This document shows positions 28,658-38,048 of a stretch of DNA of 64,000 nucleotides, in pieces. The stretch's first letter is position 1, and each line of letters begins with the position of its first letter. Made by a program: the position numbers and the translations under genes. The notes under the pieces are model-generated. The model saw nothing but the letters and a program-made list of their open reading frames with translations, was not told where the DNA came from and ran no database searches. Source of the DNA: Candidatus Uhrbacteria bacterium. Its GTDB lineage: Bacteria; Patescibacteriota; Patescibacteriia; UBA9934; GWF2-40-263. The stretch spans positions 2,697 to 66,696 of the forward strand of contig JAHFIQ010000004.1 in the NCBI GenBank assembly GCA_023246355.1. The letters are read 5' to 3'.

Positions 28658-29134
28658 TGGGACTCCTGTTCTTGCGGTTGCGGCCGTGTGGCCAGGGAAC
28701 TGAATCGCTCGACGGTCAGAAATGATCCCGTCAGCCTACTGGAGGCCAGCCGTCGCCCTTGCGGGCTATGGCTGGTAAATAGTGGTGCATTGACCGATCC
28801 GAGGATCTGGTGTGCACCGTGGAGATCGGGTGTGTGGGGTGAGTGAGCCAAGGCCCAGTCAATCCACTTGATCTCCTCCGCTCATCGCGGCCGAAGCGTT
28901 GATGAGACGGTTTTACTCTCTCCTCCATGAGGCTGATGGCATCAGAACAAAAACCGGTTGTTGAATACATCGTCCAGAGAGAGATGCGTACAACAACCGG
29001 CCTTTGTGAAGGTTACGATTGATGGCCATTTACTTGGCCTGAGTACTCTCTCCCCAGAAAGTGTTTCGTTGTAAGCTTTGTGTGATCTTGTATGGACGCA
29101 GTCTATCATATTTTGTCAACTTTGTCAAGACTTG

Positions 29135-29157
29135 TTGGGAGCCAGGCTCCCAACTCT
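29135..29157. promoter_or_regulatory. perfect hairpin/palindrome GTTGGGAGCCAGGCTCCCAAC, copy 2 of 2
   Basis: same dyad as 10097-10117, in the 350 bp non-coding region upstream of holB. Confidence 0.4.
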
Positions 29158-29250
29158 AAGCTAAAATTAGCTTAAAATAGCAATACACTCAGTGTTTACA
29201 ATACTGGACATCACAGGGCAATTTCAGCCTCGTGTTATACTAGTGCCTGT

Positions 29251-30150
29251 ATGGGACTTTTTTCTTCCCTCATCGGACACACAAAAGCAAAAGACGTTCT
29301 TTCAAGGATGATCGAACACAAAACCCTTCCACATGCCCTGCTTTTTGTCGGGCCAGATCACGTGGGAAAGACTCTGCTTGCCAAAACGCTGAGTCGTCAG
29401 GTTCTGGGGGTGCAGAATCTTGAGACTCAGCCTGACTATCTCGAGCTCAAACGTTTGGATGATGAAAAAACAGGCAAGCGCAAGTCCAATATCTCTGTGC
29501 GTCAGGTTCGAGAATTGGTGGGAAGGCTATCCATGACCTCGTTTACTGGAGGAGCCAAAGTGATTTTTGTAGAAGAGGCACATAGGCTCTCCATGGGCGG
29601 GGCGAACGCGCTTTTGAAAACATTGGAAGAACCAAAAGGCCAAACGCTTTTTGTCTTGCGAGCTCCGAGCGTTGAAGACGTTCCTGCGACTATTGCATCT
29701 CGTTGTCAGGTCATGCATTTCACGGTGGTCTCTGCATCTGCAATTGTTGATGGGCTTGTGCGAGCTGGATTCAGTCAAGCCGATGCACAAGAGGCGGCGC
29801 TTCACAGCGAAGGTCGGCCAGGACTCGCGCTGCGCTATCTCAAAGACAGTGAGTATCGAGCGCAGCGTGAAACCGATCGAGTGCAAGCAGAGACGTTTTT
29901 GGCAGCGAGTTTGCCAGAGCGTTTGCGCCTGGTGACAGAGCTCATTCCAAAAGCAGAAGTGAACAGTGCGAGTCGTTTGCAAAAAGTGATCACCGAATTG
30001 CAGATGGTCGCTCGTCGAGATCTTCTTGCCACCTCATCTACCTCCTCCACCTTATCCACCTTTCTCGAGCGTCTCTCAGAAGTCCGCCAAGCCGCACGTC
30101 ACAACATCAACCCTCATTTAGCTCTTGAGCACATTGCTCTTGCCACATAA
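29251..30150 (+). CDS. holB: DNA polymerase III delta-prime subunit
   Basis: LPHALLFVGPDHVGKT (Walker A-like), VIFVEEAHRL, SRCQV box; carries an in-frame TSSTSSTLST insert encoded by the CCACCT minisatellite. Confidence 0.8.
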   Translation: MGLFSSLIGHTKAKDVLSRMIEHKTLPHALLFVGPDHVGKTLLAKTLSRQVLGVQNLETQPDYLELKRLDDEKTGKRKSNISVRQVRELVGRLSMTSFTGGAKVIFVEEAHRLSMGGANALLKTLEEPKGQTLFVLRAPSVEDVPATIASRCQVMHFTVVSASAIVDGLVRAGFSQADAQEAALHSEGRPGLALRYLKDSEYRAQRETDRVQAETFLAASLPERLRLVTELIPKAEVNSASRLQKVITELQMVARRDLLATSSTSSTLSTFLERLSEVRQAARHNINPHLALEHIALAT

Positions 30151-30151
30151 T

Positions 30152-31198
30152 ATGAAACGTTTTTCACTCATTGCTCTTTCCCTCATCTTGATCGGCGCTG
30201 GCTGCTCAAGTTCCTCATCTTCTGGTTCAGACGGCGGAATTTTTTCCTCCGCAAACGCTGGTCAGGACTGGACACAGACCGTGATCGTTCCCACCGCCTC
30301 AGGCATCGGCACACTCGCGACCACGGATGTGCTCAACATGGAAATGGATCCAGAGGACGATACGTTCATGTACATCGGCACGCGCCAAAACGGGGTGCTC
30401 TACTCGCAAGACTCGGGTATCTCGTGGATGCAACCTGAGAGTGATGCTCTTTCCGACGGACTGATTTATCACATCGAGGTGGACCCCACAGATGTCTGTA
30501 CCGTGTATGTTGCCAAGGGTTCTCGTTTGTATAGCACACGAGATTGTATGCGCTCGTTTGATTCAGAAACGTACGTGGATAACAGAAGTGGCGTGTCAGT
30601 TGTGCAAGTGGCTGTGGACTGGTTCAGCGCAAGTACGATTTGGATTGGTCTCTCAAACGGAGATGTACTCAAGAGCACAGACTCAGGTGACACGTGGCAG
30701 ACGGTTCTCAAAACAGGAGAGGAAATTTCCAACATCCTGATTCACACAACCGACTCAAGAAACGTTCTCGTTTCGACCTTTGGAAAAGGCTTGTACAAAA
30801 CAGAGGACGCGGGTGCTGATTGGGATGAAGTTGATGGCGGACTTTCTGATCTGAAAAAATCTGAAACCGTGTACAGCCTGATTCAAAGCGATGATTCATC
30901 TGTGGTAATCGCAGCCAATGGGTATGGACTTGTGCGCTCAACAGATTTTGGTTCGACATGGGAGGCGATTGAGCTGGTGACCTCCGCCGGTCAGGTAACG
31001 ATCCGTGCTGTGGGCATGGACGTCACGGATCCTGACACGCTTTACTATGCTGCCAACGCCACGTTCTATCATTCAGACGATGCAGGCTCCACCTGGGACA
31101 CAGAAAAACTTCCGTCCTCTCGCGTGCCACGAGCCATGCTGGTTGACCCTGATGAGCCGGCGGTGTTATATATCGGAGTCGCGAGTGCGACGGATTAG
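30152..31198 (+). CDS. lipoprotein with BNR/Asp-box repeats (Ycf48/sialidase-like beta-propeller)
   Basis: lipobox LIGAGCSS; five SxDxGxTW repeats. Confidence 0.65.
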   Translation: MKRFSLIALSLILIGAGCSSSSSSGSDGGIFSSANAGQDWTQTVIVPTASGIGTLATTDVLNMEMDPEDDTFMYIGTRQNGVLYSQDSGISWMQPESDALSDGLIYHIEVDPTDVCTVYVAKGSRLYSTRDCMRSFDSETYVDNRSGVSVVQVAVDWFSASTIWIGLSNGDVLKSTDSGDTWQTVLKTGEEISNILIHTTDSRNVLVSTFGKGLYKTEDAGADWDEVDGGLSDLKKSETVYSLIQSDDSSVVIAANGYGLVRSTDFGSTWEAIELVTSAGQVTIRAVGMDVTDPDTLYYAANATFYHSDDAGSTWDTEKLPSSRVPRAMLVDPDEPAVLYIGVASATD

Positions 31199-31201
31199 TG
31201 T

Positions 31202-31756
31202 ATGCATGCACTTCTGATTCAAAAAAAACCATCGTTTGATAGCGCGCTTGAGCATCTCCAAAAAGAGTTGGGACAGTTGCGCACCGGACGTGCCACGCCA
31301 GCACTTGTGGAAAATATTTCGGTTTCTGCCTACGACGCATTCATGGAGATCAAGGGCTTGGCTTCCATTTCCACAGCCGATGCCAAAACGATTGTGATTG
31401 ATCCGTGGGACAAGAGCCTGCTCAAGAATATCGAAAAGGGCATTCGCGATGCCGGCGTTGGGCTTTCACCGGTCGTGGATAGTGATGTGATTCGCATCAT
31501 GATGCCGCAAATGACCGAGGACAACCGCAAGGCCATGGTCAAAAAGATGAAAGAGTTTTTAGAAGAGACACGCGTGTCGCTGCGCCAGGTTCGTGAAGAA
31601 ATTCGTGGAGAAGTCGTTGCCATGGAAAAAGACAAGGCGATCAGTGAAGATGAAAAGTTCAAGCTGTTTGATGAGGTTGATAAGCTCACCAAAGAATACG
31701 TGGATCGTGTGGAAGAAACGGGTGACAATAAAGAAAAAGAAATAATGACCGTTTAA
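31202..31756 (+). CDS. frr: ribosome recycling factor
   Basis: 184 aa; typical RRF pattern across the length. Confidence 0.9.
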   Translation: MHALLIQKKPSFDSALEHLQKELGQLRTGRATPALVENISVSAYDAFMEIKGLASISTADAKTIVIDPWDKSLLKNIEKGIRDAGVGLSPVVDSDVIRIMMPQMTEDNRKAMVKKMKEFLEETRVSLRQVREEIRGEVVAMEKDKAISEDEKFKLFDEVDKLTKEYVDRVEETGDNKEKEIMTV

Positions 31757-31854
31757 GTAGCAAACTGTTTAAGTAGCAAGTAGTTAGTAGCAAGTAGCAT
31801 GTATATCTGCTCCGAAAATACTTGCTACATGCTACTTGATACTTGCTACTTCGC
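31754..31854. repeat. IVS-like inverted repeat (AGTAGCAAGTA family), longest empty copy
   Basis: taagtagcaaactgtttaagtagcaagtagttagtagcaagtagcatgtat - atctgctccgaaa - atacttgctacatgctacttgatacttgctacttcgc. Confidence 0.7.
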
Positions 31855-31856
31855 TT

Positions 31857-33188
31857 ATGAACACAAACGTCACCATGGAAAAACTCGTTGCCCTCGCGAA
31901 GTCGCGGGGGTTCGTGTTTCCGGGCTCGGATATTTATGGAGGATTGGCTAACTCTTGGGATTACGGACCTCTTGGGGTGGAGTTGAAAAAGAACATTGTC
32001 GATGCCTGGTGGAAGCGCTTTGTTAGTTCGCGGCGCGATATGGTTGGCATCGACGCGGCGTTGGTGATGAATCCGAAAGTTTGGGAGGCGTCGGGGCATG
32101 TCGCTACGTTCACCGATCCGCTCGTGGAATGCAAAACCTGTCATGAACGCTATCGTGCTGATCAAATTGATTTGAATGCGGCTTGCCAGAAATGCGGCAA
32201 CAAAGGCACGTTCACCGATCCAGCGGCGTTTAACATGATGTTGAAAACGTGGCTTGGTCCGAAGGAGGATGCAAGCGCGGTCGCTTATTTCCGTCCCGAA
32301 ACGGCTCAAGCGATGTTTGTGGATTTCCCCCAAGTTCTTCAAAGCTCGCGCAAACGCGTTCCGTTTGGTATTGCTCAAGTCGGCAAAGCCTTTCGCAACG
32401 AGATCACGCCAGGAAATTTTATTTTCCGTACACGCGAGTTCAACCTAATGGAATTTGAGTATTTTATTCACCCATCGGAGTGGGAAAAGTGGTTCGAATA
32501 CTGGCTAGAAGAGATGAAGGCTTGGCTGAGATTTCTCGGGGTCAAGGATGATGAATTGGTTTTCCACGAAATTGAAGACGGTGAACGCGCGCACTACTCC
32601 AAGCGCACCGTCGATATTGAATATTATTATCCGTTTGGTCTGAAGGAATTGTATGGTTTGGCTTACCGCACCGATTTTGATTTAAAACTGCACATGGAAT
32701 CCTCAGGGAAGGATTTGCGCTATACCGACCCTCAGACGAACGAGAAGTATCTCCCGCACGTCATTGAGCCGGCTTTCGGTGTGGATCGATCGGTTCTTGT
32801 GACGCTGCTTTCAGCCTACCACGAAGAAGAAGCCCCGACGTCAGAGGAAGGGGAAACAGATAAACGTGTGGTGCTGAAACTTCCCAAAGCGCTTGCGCCG
32901 TTTAAGATCGCGGTGTTGCCGCTTTCCAAAAAAGACGAACTCGCTGTGGTCGCAGGACCTCTCGCAGATCGTTTGCGCCAGAGGTGGGCGACCGATTACG
33001 ACGAAACCCAATCCATTGGCAAACGTTATCGACGTCAAGACGAAATCGGCACGCCGTACTGCGTCACGGTAGATTTCGACACGCTCACAGATCAGGCCGT
33101 CACCGTCCGCGATCGAGACACGATGAAACAGGATCGAGTGAAGATAGATGATTTGGAAGTTTATTTTTCAGAGCGCCTCGCAGGCTAA
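31857..33188 (+). CDS. glyQS: glycine--tRNA ligase (dimeric class II)
   Basis: MEKLVALAKSRGFVFPGSDIYGGLANSWDYGPLG N-terminus and class II motifs. Confidence 0.9.
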   Translation: MNTNVTMEKLVALAKSRGFVFPGSDIYGGLANSWDYGPLGVELKKNIVDAWWKRFVSSRRDMVGIDAALVMNPKVWEASGHVATFTDPLVECKTCHERYRADQIDLNAACQKCGNKGTFTDPAAFNMMLKTWLGPKEDASAVAYFRPETAQAMFVDFPQVLQSSRKRVPFGIAQVGKAFRNEITPGNFIFRTREFNLMEFEYFIHPSEWEKWFEYWLEEMKAWLRFLGVKDDELVFHEIEDGERAHYSKRTVDIEYYYPFGLKELYGLAYRTDFDLKLHMESSGKDLRYTDPQTNEKYLPHVIEPAFGVDRSVLVTLLSAYHEEEAPTSEEGETDKRVVLKLPKALAPFKIAVLPLSKKDELAVVAGPLADRLRQRWATDYDETQSIGKRYRRQDEIGTPYCVTVDFDTLTDQAVTVRDRDTMKQDRVKIDDLEVYFSERLAG

Positions 33189-33195
33189 AGCCTGC

Positions 33196-33237
33196 GGCTA
33201 CCTCATCCACCTGATCCACCTCGTCCACCTTACCACC
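33196..33237 (+). repeat. 9 bp-period CCACCT minisatellite (4.5 units) filling the glyQS-M16 intergenic spacer
   Basis: ggctacctc/atccacctg/atccacctc/gtccacctt/accacct immediately 5' of ATG 33239. Confidence 0.6.
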
Positions 33238-33238
33238 T

Positions 33239-34510
33239 ATGAAAACCCCCCTTGCTCTTTCAAACGGCCTGCGTGTGCATCTGCTTCCATATTCTGGCAC
33301 ACAGGCGGTGACCATGTTGGTGCTCATCAAAGTTGGTTCGCGTTATGAATATTCAGCGATCAATGGCGCGTCGCATTTTATTGAGCATCTCATGTTCAAA
33401 GGCACCAAGCGTCGTCCAACCACGCTGGATATTAGTCGTGATCTCGATGCGGTGGGCGCCGAGTACAACGCGTTCACCGGAAAGGAATACACCGGTTACT
33501 ACGTGACCATCGAAGCCTCGAAGCTGCCCTTGGCAGTCGACCTGTTGCATGACATGATTTTTCACTCGAAGTACGATCCCAAAGAAATGAATCGTGAACG
33601 GCGTGTCATCATCGAGGAGATCAAAATGTACAACGAGAACCCCGTCATGCACGTGGAAGAGTTGCTGGAGCAGACGATGTTTGATGGCTCACCCCTTGGA
33701 TGGGATATTGCTGGCGATGCAAAACGGATGTTGTCGATGACGCGCAAGGACGTGATTGCGTACCGTGATCAGCATTACGTGCCATCGCGGATGGTGATTG
33801 CTCTGGCCGGTTGCGTGGACAAGAAAGCTCTAGCGCTTGTGAAAAAAACATTTGGATCTGTGAAAGGGAGACACACACCCGTTGCGTTTCAGGCTTTTCA
33901 CGGAGCAAAGAATCACTCTTTGCGCTGTCGAATCGAACAGAAAAAGTTGGAACAGATTCAGCTCGCGCTAGGCTTTCCGTCCTATGGTGTTGCCGACAAG
34001 CGCAATGCAGCTGTTTCACTTTTAGCGACGATTCTTGGCGGCACGATGTCGTCTCGATTGTTTATCTCGGTACGTGAACGCAAAGGCTTGTGCTATCACG
34101 TTCGTGCGGAGAACGGAACGTATGATGATGTAGGAGCGTTCATGATTCGCTCAGGCCTGGATGCGTCGCGTCTCAAAGACGCGGTGAAGACGATTTTGGC
34201 TGAAGTGGCTAAAATAAAAAAGACAGGAGTGACCGCGCGTGAACTCAAAGACGCAAAAGAAAATTATCGTGGCCGCATTTTGCTCAAGCTCGAAGAATCA
34301 TCCGCTCGTGCCGATTGGTATGCGAGACAGGAGTTGCTCTTGGGTCGTGCCCTGACACCAGAAGAACGCATGAGGGAGATTGACGCGGTGACTCTGCGCG
34401 AGGTACAACACGTCGCGCAGGAAATTTTGGACACCACAAAGATGTCTGTGGCGGCGATCGGGCCGTTTGCCGATGAACAAGCGTTTTTGAAAGCGGCTGG
34501 GTTATCATGA
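33239..34510 (+). CDS. M16-family (pitrilysin/insulinase-like) zinc peptidase
   Basis: HFIEHLMFKGT (HxxEH) plus a downstream Glu; 423 aa. Confidence 0.8.
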   Translation: MKTPLALSNGLRVHLLPYSGTQAVTMLVLIKVGSRYEYSAINGASHFIEHLMFKGTKRRPTTLDISRDLDAVGAEYNAFTGKEYTGYYVTIEASKLPLAVDLLHDMIFHSKYDPKEMNRERRVIIEEIKMYNENPVMHVEELLEQTMFDGSPLGWDIAGDAKRMLSMTRKDVIAYRDQHYVPSRMVIALAGCVDKKALALVKKTFGSVKGRHTPVAFQAFHGAKNHSLRCRIEQKKLEQIQLALGFPSYGVADKRNAAVSLLATILGGTMSSRLFISVRERKGLCYHVRAENGTYDDVGAFMIRSGLDASRLKDAVKTILAEVAKIKKTGVTARELKDAKENYRGRILLKLEESSARADWYARQELLLGRALTPEERMREIDAVTLREVQHVAQEILDTTKMSVAAIGPFADEQAFLKAAGLS

Positions 34511-34528
34511 TACTGAGCTTGTCGAAGT

Positions 34529-35305
34529 ATGAAAACCATTATTGCCAACTGGAAAATGAACGTGGGAGTGAGAGAATCAGTCGCCCTTGCGCGCGGCACG
34601 CTGTTGACGTTGCGTGGTCGCAAACATATTCCCGAGTTGGTGATTCTTCCACCGTTTGTCGCGCTCTCGGAAGTGCGCAAAGTTGTGGCGCGATCCGGGG
34701 CAATTTTGGGAGCACAGAATGTCTTTTGGGAAGACGCCGGTGCCTACACCGGAGAAATTTCTGCGCGCATGCTTCAAGAAGTGGGTGTGACCCATGTTTT
34801 GATAGGTCACTCAGAACGCCGACAGGTGCTTCACGAGACCGATGAAATGATCAACAAAAAAATCCTCCACGTCTTTGAACTGGGCTTGAAGCCGATTCTG
34901 TGCGTGGGTGAAACAGCACAGGTACATCAGGCGGGGAAGTCAAAAGACGTGGTCGCTCAGCAACTCAAAGCCGCGTTCTCATCTGCTCATCTTCGCCCAT
35001 CTGATCGATTGTCTATTGCCTACGAACCCGTGTGGGCGATCGGGACAGGACAATCGGCAACCGTATCGGAAATCGTGGAGATGCATGTGTTCATCCGTTC
35101 TCTGACGCAAGAGATACTCGGTGAACGCGTACTCAGTCAGATTCGTGTGCTCTACGGAGGATCCGTGGACGGCGAGAATGCGTACCGGTTTCTTCGTGAA
35201 AAGGAAGTTGATGGCGTGCTCGTGGGAGGCGCAAGTGTCAAGATCAATCAGTTCAAAGACATTGTTCAGGCGGCCTGTGAAGTCTTAGAAGCACAAAGCG
35301 TATGA
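34529..35305 (+). CDS. tpiA: triosephosphate isomerase
   Basis: ANWKMN, IGHSERR, IAYEPVWAIGTG, YGGSV motifs. Confidence 0.9.
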   Translation: MKTIIANWKMNVGVRESVALARGTLLTLRGRKHIPELVILPPFVALSEVRKVVARSGAILGAQNVFWEDAGAYTGEISARMLQEVGVTHVLIGHSERRQVLHETDEMINKKILHVFELGLKPILCVGETAQVHQAGKSKDVVAQQLKAAFSSAHLRPSDRLSIAYEPVWAIGTGQSATVSEIVEMHVFIRSLTQEILGERVLSQIRVLYGGSVDGENAYRFLREKEVDGVLVGGASVKINQFKDIVQAACEVLEAQSV

Positions 35306-36150
35306 ACGGGTTTCTTCTTCTGCTCATTGTTGGTTCTCTTGGCGTGATAGCCGCTGTCCTCTTTCGAAAGCTTCCACAGCTTCGTGTGATTGATGTTGCG
35401 TCGATTCCCAAGGAGCGCGAGCGGCAGGTAAAAGAGCAAATCATTCTTTCCAAACTTCAGCGCACCGGCTCTGCCAAGCTGCAGCATGTGGCTCGATGGA
35501 TGTCGGACGCTGTAAAAATGTTGTCACGCCACGGACGACGTGCGGTTCAGCGACTCTATCGACTGGAGCAGTACTATCAACGCTTGAGACGGACCGCCTC
35601 TGAGGGGACAAACAGTTATAGTGAGGATCGCATCAAGCAACGACTTGAAGAAGCGCAGAAATTGATCGATCAAGATGAATTTATTCCAGCGGAGAAGATT
35701 TTTATCGACGTCATCAGCCACAACCCAAAGAGTGTTGACGCATATGAAGCGCTTGGGAACATGTACATTGAGAGTGGTCAGGTGGAACAAGCTCGTGAGA
35801 CCCTGCAGTTTACGCTTCGACTTTCTCCTGATGATGCGTCTGTCCATGTGTCGCTTGCGGAACTTGAAATGAAACAAGAACATCCGAAACAAGCGCTGAC
35901 CTATTTGCGCAAGGCGGTTGAAAAGCGACCGAAGAATCCTCGGTACTTGGATTTTTATATTCATGCCGCGCTTTCGACCGGCTCTCTCAAAGATGCACGA
36001 AAAGGCATTTTGGCTCTCAAAGACGTGAACCCGGAGAATCAAAAGATCGAAGAGTTTGAACGGCTGTTTCAGGAAAAGAAAGATGCGTATATTCGCAAAA
36101 CCTCCCGTGAGGCTGAGAAACCCACAGACATGCCTTCACAAGAGGGATGA
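35302..36150 (+). CDS. membrane-anchored TPR-repeat protein
   Basis: N-terminal TM helix then 3-4 TPR-like helical repeats. Confidence 0.55.
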   Translation: MNGFLLLLIVGSLGVIAAVLFRKLPQLRVIDVASIPKERERQVKEQIILSKLQRTGSAKLQHVARWMSDAVKMLSRHGRRAVQRLYRLEQYYQRLRRTASEGTNSYSEDRIKQRLEEAQKLIDQDEFIPAEKIFIDVISHNPKSVDAYEALGNMYIESGQVEQARETLQFTLRLSPDDASVHVSLAELEMKQEHPKQALTYLRKAVEKRPKNPRYLDFYIHAALSTGSLKDARKGILALKDVNPENQKIEEFERLFQEKKDAYIRKTSREAEKPTDMPSQEG

Positions 36151-36174
36151 GCTTTGTTACCATCATCGCGCTTC

Positions 36175-36250
36175 GCCGTTGTAGCTCAGTTGGTAGAGCA
36201 CATCCATGGTAAGGATGAGGTCACCGGTTCAATCCCGGTCAACGGCTCCA
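36175..36250 (+). tRNA. tRNA-Thr (anticodon GGU), CCA encoded
   Basis: cloverleaf folded by hand: acceptor GCCGTTG/CAACGGC, anticodon loop ATGGTAA, T-loop TTCAATC. Confidence 0.85.
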
Positions 36251-36256
36251 GGTTTC

Positions 36257-36342
36257 GGGCAGGTACCGAAGTGGTCAAACGGGGGAGACTGTAAATCTCC
36301 TGGCTTACGCCTTCGAAGGTTCGAACCCTTCCCTGCCCACCA
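36257..36342 (+). tRNA. tRNA-Tyr (anticodon GUA), long variable arm, CCA encoded
   Basis: near-collinear with the canonical bacterial tRNA-Tyr; anticodon loop CTGTAAA. Confidence 0.85.
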
Positions 36343-36378
36343 AAAAACAATCAAGCATGCTTGATTGTTTTTTGTTAC
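36343..36378. terminator. bidirectional terminator
   Basis: AACAATCAAGC-atg-CTTGATTGTT followed by TTTTGTT. Confidence 0.7.
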
Positions 36379-37430
36379 AGCAAGAGACAGTCCACGGTCC
36401 AGGAACTCATGCCAGGTCCGTCAAAGGCCTCATCGAGTGCAAGACCGATGGGATGATAGATCGGATTTGTTTGGGAGAGATCAATGAAAAAAAGTCGAGA
36501 GAAACTCACGGTTCCCTTTGTGTCCGTGTTGCACGAGGTGCTCACAAGCAGGTGTTCATCATCACCACAGAAGGTCGGATAGTTGAAGCTGGCGCCCTCA
36601 CAGGAGGAAAAGACGGGGTCGTACTTTGTGAGCGCTTCTGGTTTGAGATCTGCAAGAAACAGCGAGCTCTCGCCCAGTGATCCGTTTATCCACGAGCGAG
36701 CAAACAAGCCCCCACCTTTGGAGTTGTCACACACCGTGAGGGTCCCTGATGGAGAAAAGGCACAATGACCGCTTTTATTTTCCCAGGTGGCTGTGTCTCC
36801 CGTCTGTGTATCCAAGATCACTCCATGTGCGCCGTCATCCAAAATTTCATGAAGAATAATCGTGTGCCCGTCTGGTGCGTAATCAGGATCGCCCTGTTCG
36901 TTTTCTTCGGTGAGTGCCGAAGATTCAGAGATCGAGAGGCCGTTCAGTGTCAGAGCAGCGGACATGAGTCTGTCTGTATCACTTGTGACATACAGAAGCG
37001 TTGTTCCCTCAGGGCTCACCTCTGGCCAGGTGGCGAGAGAGAGCAGTGTGTCTGTGACGCCTGTTGTGAGATCGACGTAGTTGATGAGCTTCTGTGTGAT
37101 CGTCTCAAACACACTCGCGTAGACCACCATGCCATTTGGATTCCAAACAGGATAGGACTCGCTGATCTCGGGTGTCTCTGTCACTTGCTTCACGTCGTCT
37201 ACAGAACCTGCGTCCAGATCAAGATTCGCGGTAAAGAGATCACAAGCGTCTGTGCTACTGTGATCAGCGCAACCTTCATCTGTGGCAAAGTCAGAAGCGA
37301 AAACGAGTCGGGCCTGTGTTGAGGAAGGTGGAGAGGTGGACAAGGTGGACGAGGGAGATGAGGTGGATATCACAACAAGGATGATCATGATCACACACAG
37401 GAACAGACATACTCCAAAAGTTTTCTTCAT
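36375..37430 (-). CDS. secreted protein with beta-propeller-like repeats and S/T-rich linker
   Basis: signal/TM anchor; the STSSPSSTLSTSPPSST linker is encoded by the CCACCT minisatellite; 351 aa. Confidence 0.5.
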   Translation of the reverse strand: MKKTFGVCLFLCVIMIILVVISTSSPSSTLSTSPPSSTQARLVFASDFATDEGCADHSSTDACDLFTANLDLDAGSVDDVKQVTETPEISESYPVWNPNGMVVYASVFETITQKLINYVDLTTGVTDTLLSLATWPEVSPEGTTLLYVTSDTDRLMSAALTLNGLSISESSALTEENEQGDPDYAPDGHTIILHEILDDGAHGVILDTQTGDTATWENKSGHCAFSPSGTLTVCDNSKGGGLFARSWINGSLGESSLFLADLKPEALTKYDPVFSSCEGASFNYPTFCGDDEHLLVSTSCNTDTKGTVSFSRLFFIDLSQTNPIYHPIGLALDEAFDGPGMSSWTVDCLLL

Positions 37431-37466
37431 AGATTTCTATTCTACCGCATCTCTTGACAAATCACT

Positions 37467-37495
37467 CCCACATGACATACTTTCCCTCTGCTCAC
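37467..37495 (+). promoter_or_regulatory. putative sigma70-like promoter (TTGACA-17-ATACTT)
   Basis: hexamers read directly, upstream of the J-domain gene. Confidence 0.3.
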
Positions 37496-37508
37496 CCACG
37501 GAGACAGC

Positions 37509-38048
37509 ATGACTCACTACGAGTTGCTCGCTGTCCCCATGGACGCGAGCACTGACGATATTCGACGCGGCTTTCGAGAGAAGGCTCAGGTTCTTCACCC
37601 GGATCGGTTTGCCAAGCTCGGCGAGTCGAAGGAGCAACAGACTGAACGGGCTCGCGTGTTTCAGCAACTGCGCGATGCCTACGAAACGCTCATAGATGAA
37701 CGTAAGCGTCGGGCCTATGACCGCCTGATTCAGGTTCCACAGGGTCTTGCTGATCTTGTGCGGCTTCCTGAAGGTCGGCGCGCCATGGCACGACTGCTTC
37801 CTCGAGCGACCAAGCAGGCTCGGGAAGGGGAAGATCGTCTCGTCCTCATCGAGGCTCCGCTATCTTTGCTCAGAACAGGAGGAGTGCTTGAGCTCACAGT
37901 GATTTCTTTACCCGGCTACGATCCACTGTTTGTGCCGCCGAACGCTCTTGACATGCCCTGGGCACATCTGAGCGAGCTGGGAAATCCGGGCGAAAACGAA
38001 GGAAATCCTGGAAACCTCTACCTCTTGCTGATTCCAAGCGCTTCTTGA
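37509..38048 (+). CDS. J-domain (DnaJ-like) protein with unknown C-terminal domain
   Basis: YELLAVPMDASTDDIRRGFREKAQVLHPDR carries the HPD tripeptide; elevated GC. Confidence 0.65.
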   Translation: MTHYELLAVPMDASTDDIRRGFREKAQVLHPDRFAKLGESKEQQTERARVFQQLRDAYETLIDERKRRAYDRLIQVPQGLADLVRLPEGRRAMARLLPRATKQAREGEDRLVLIEAPLSLLRTGGVLELTVISLPGYDPLFVPPNALDMPWAHLSELGNPGENEGNPGNLYLLLIPSAS

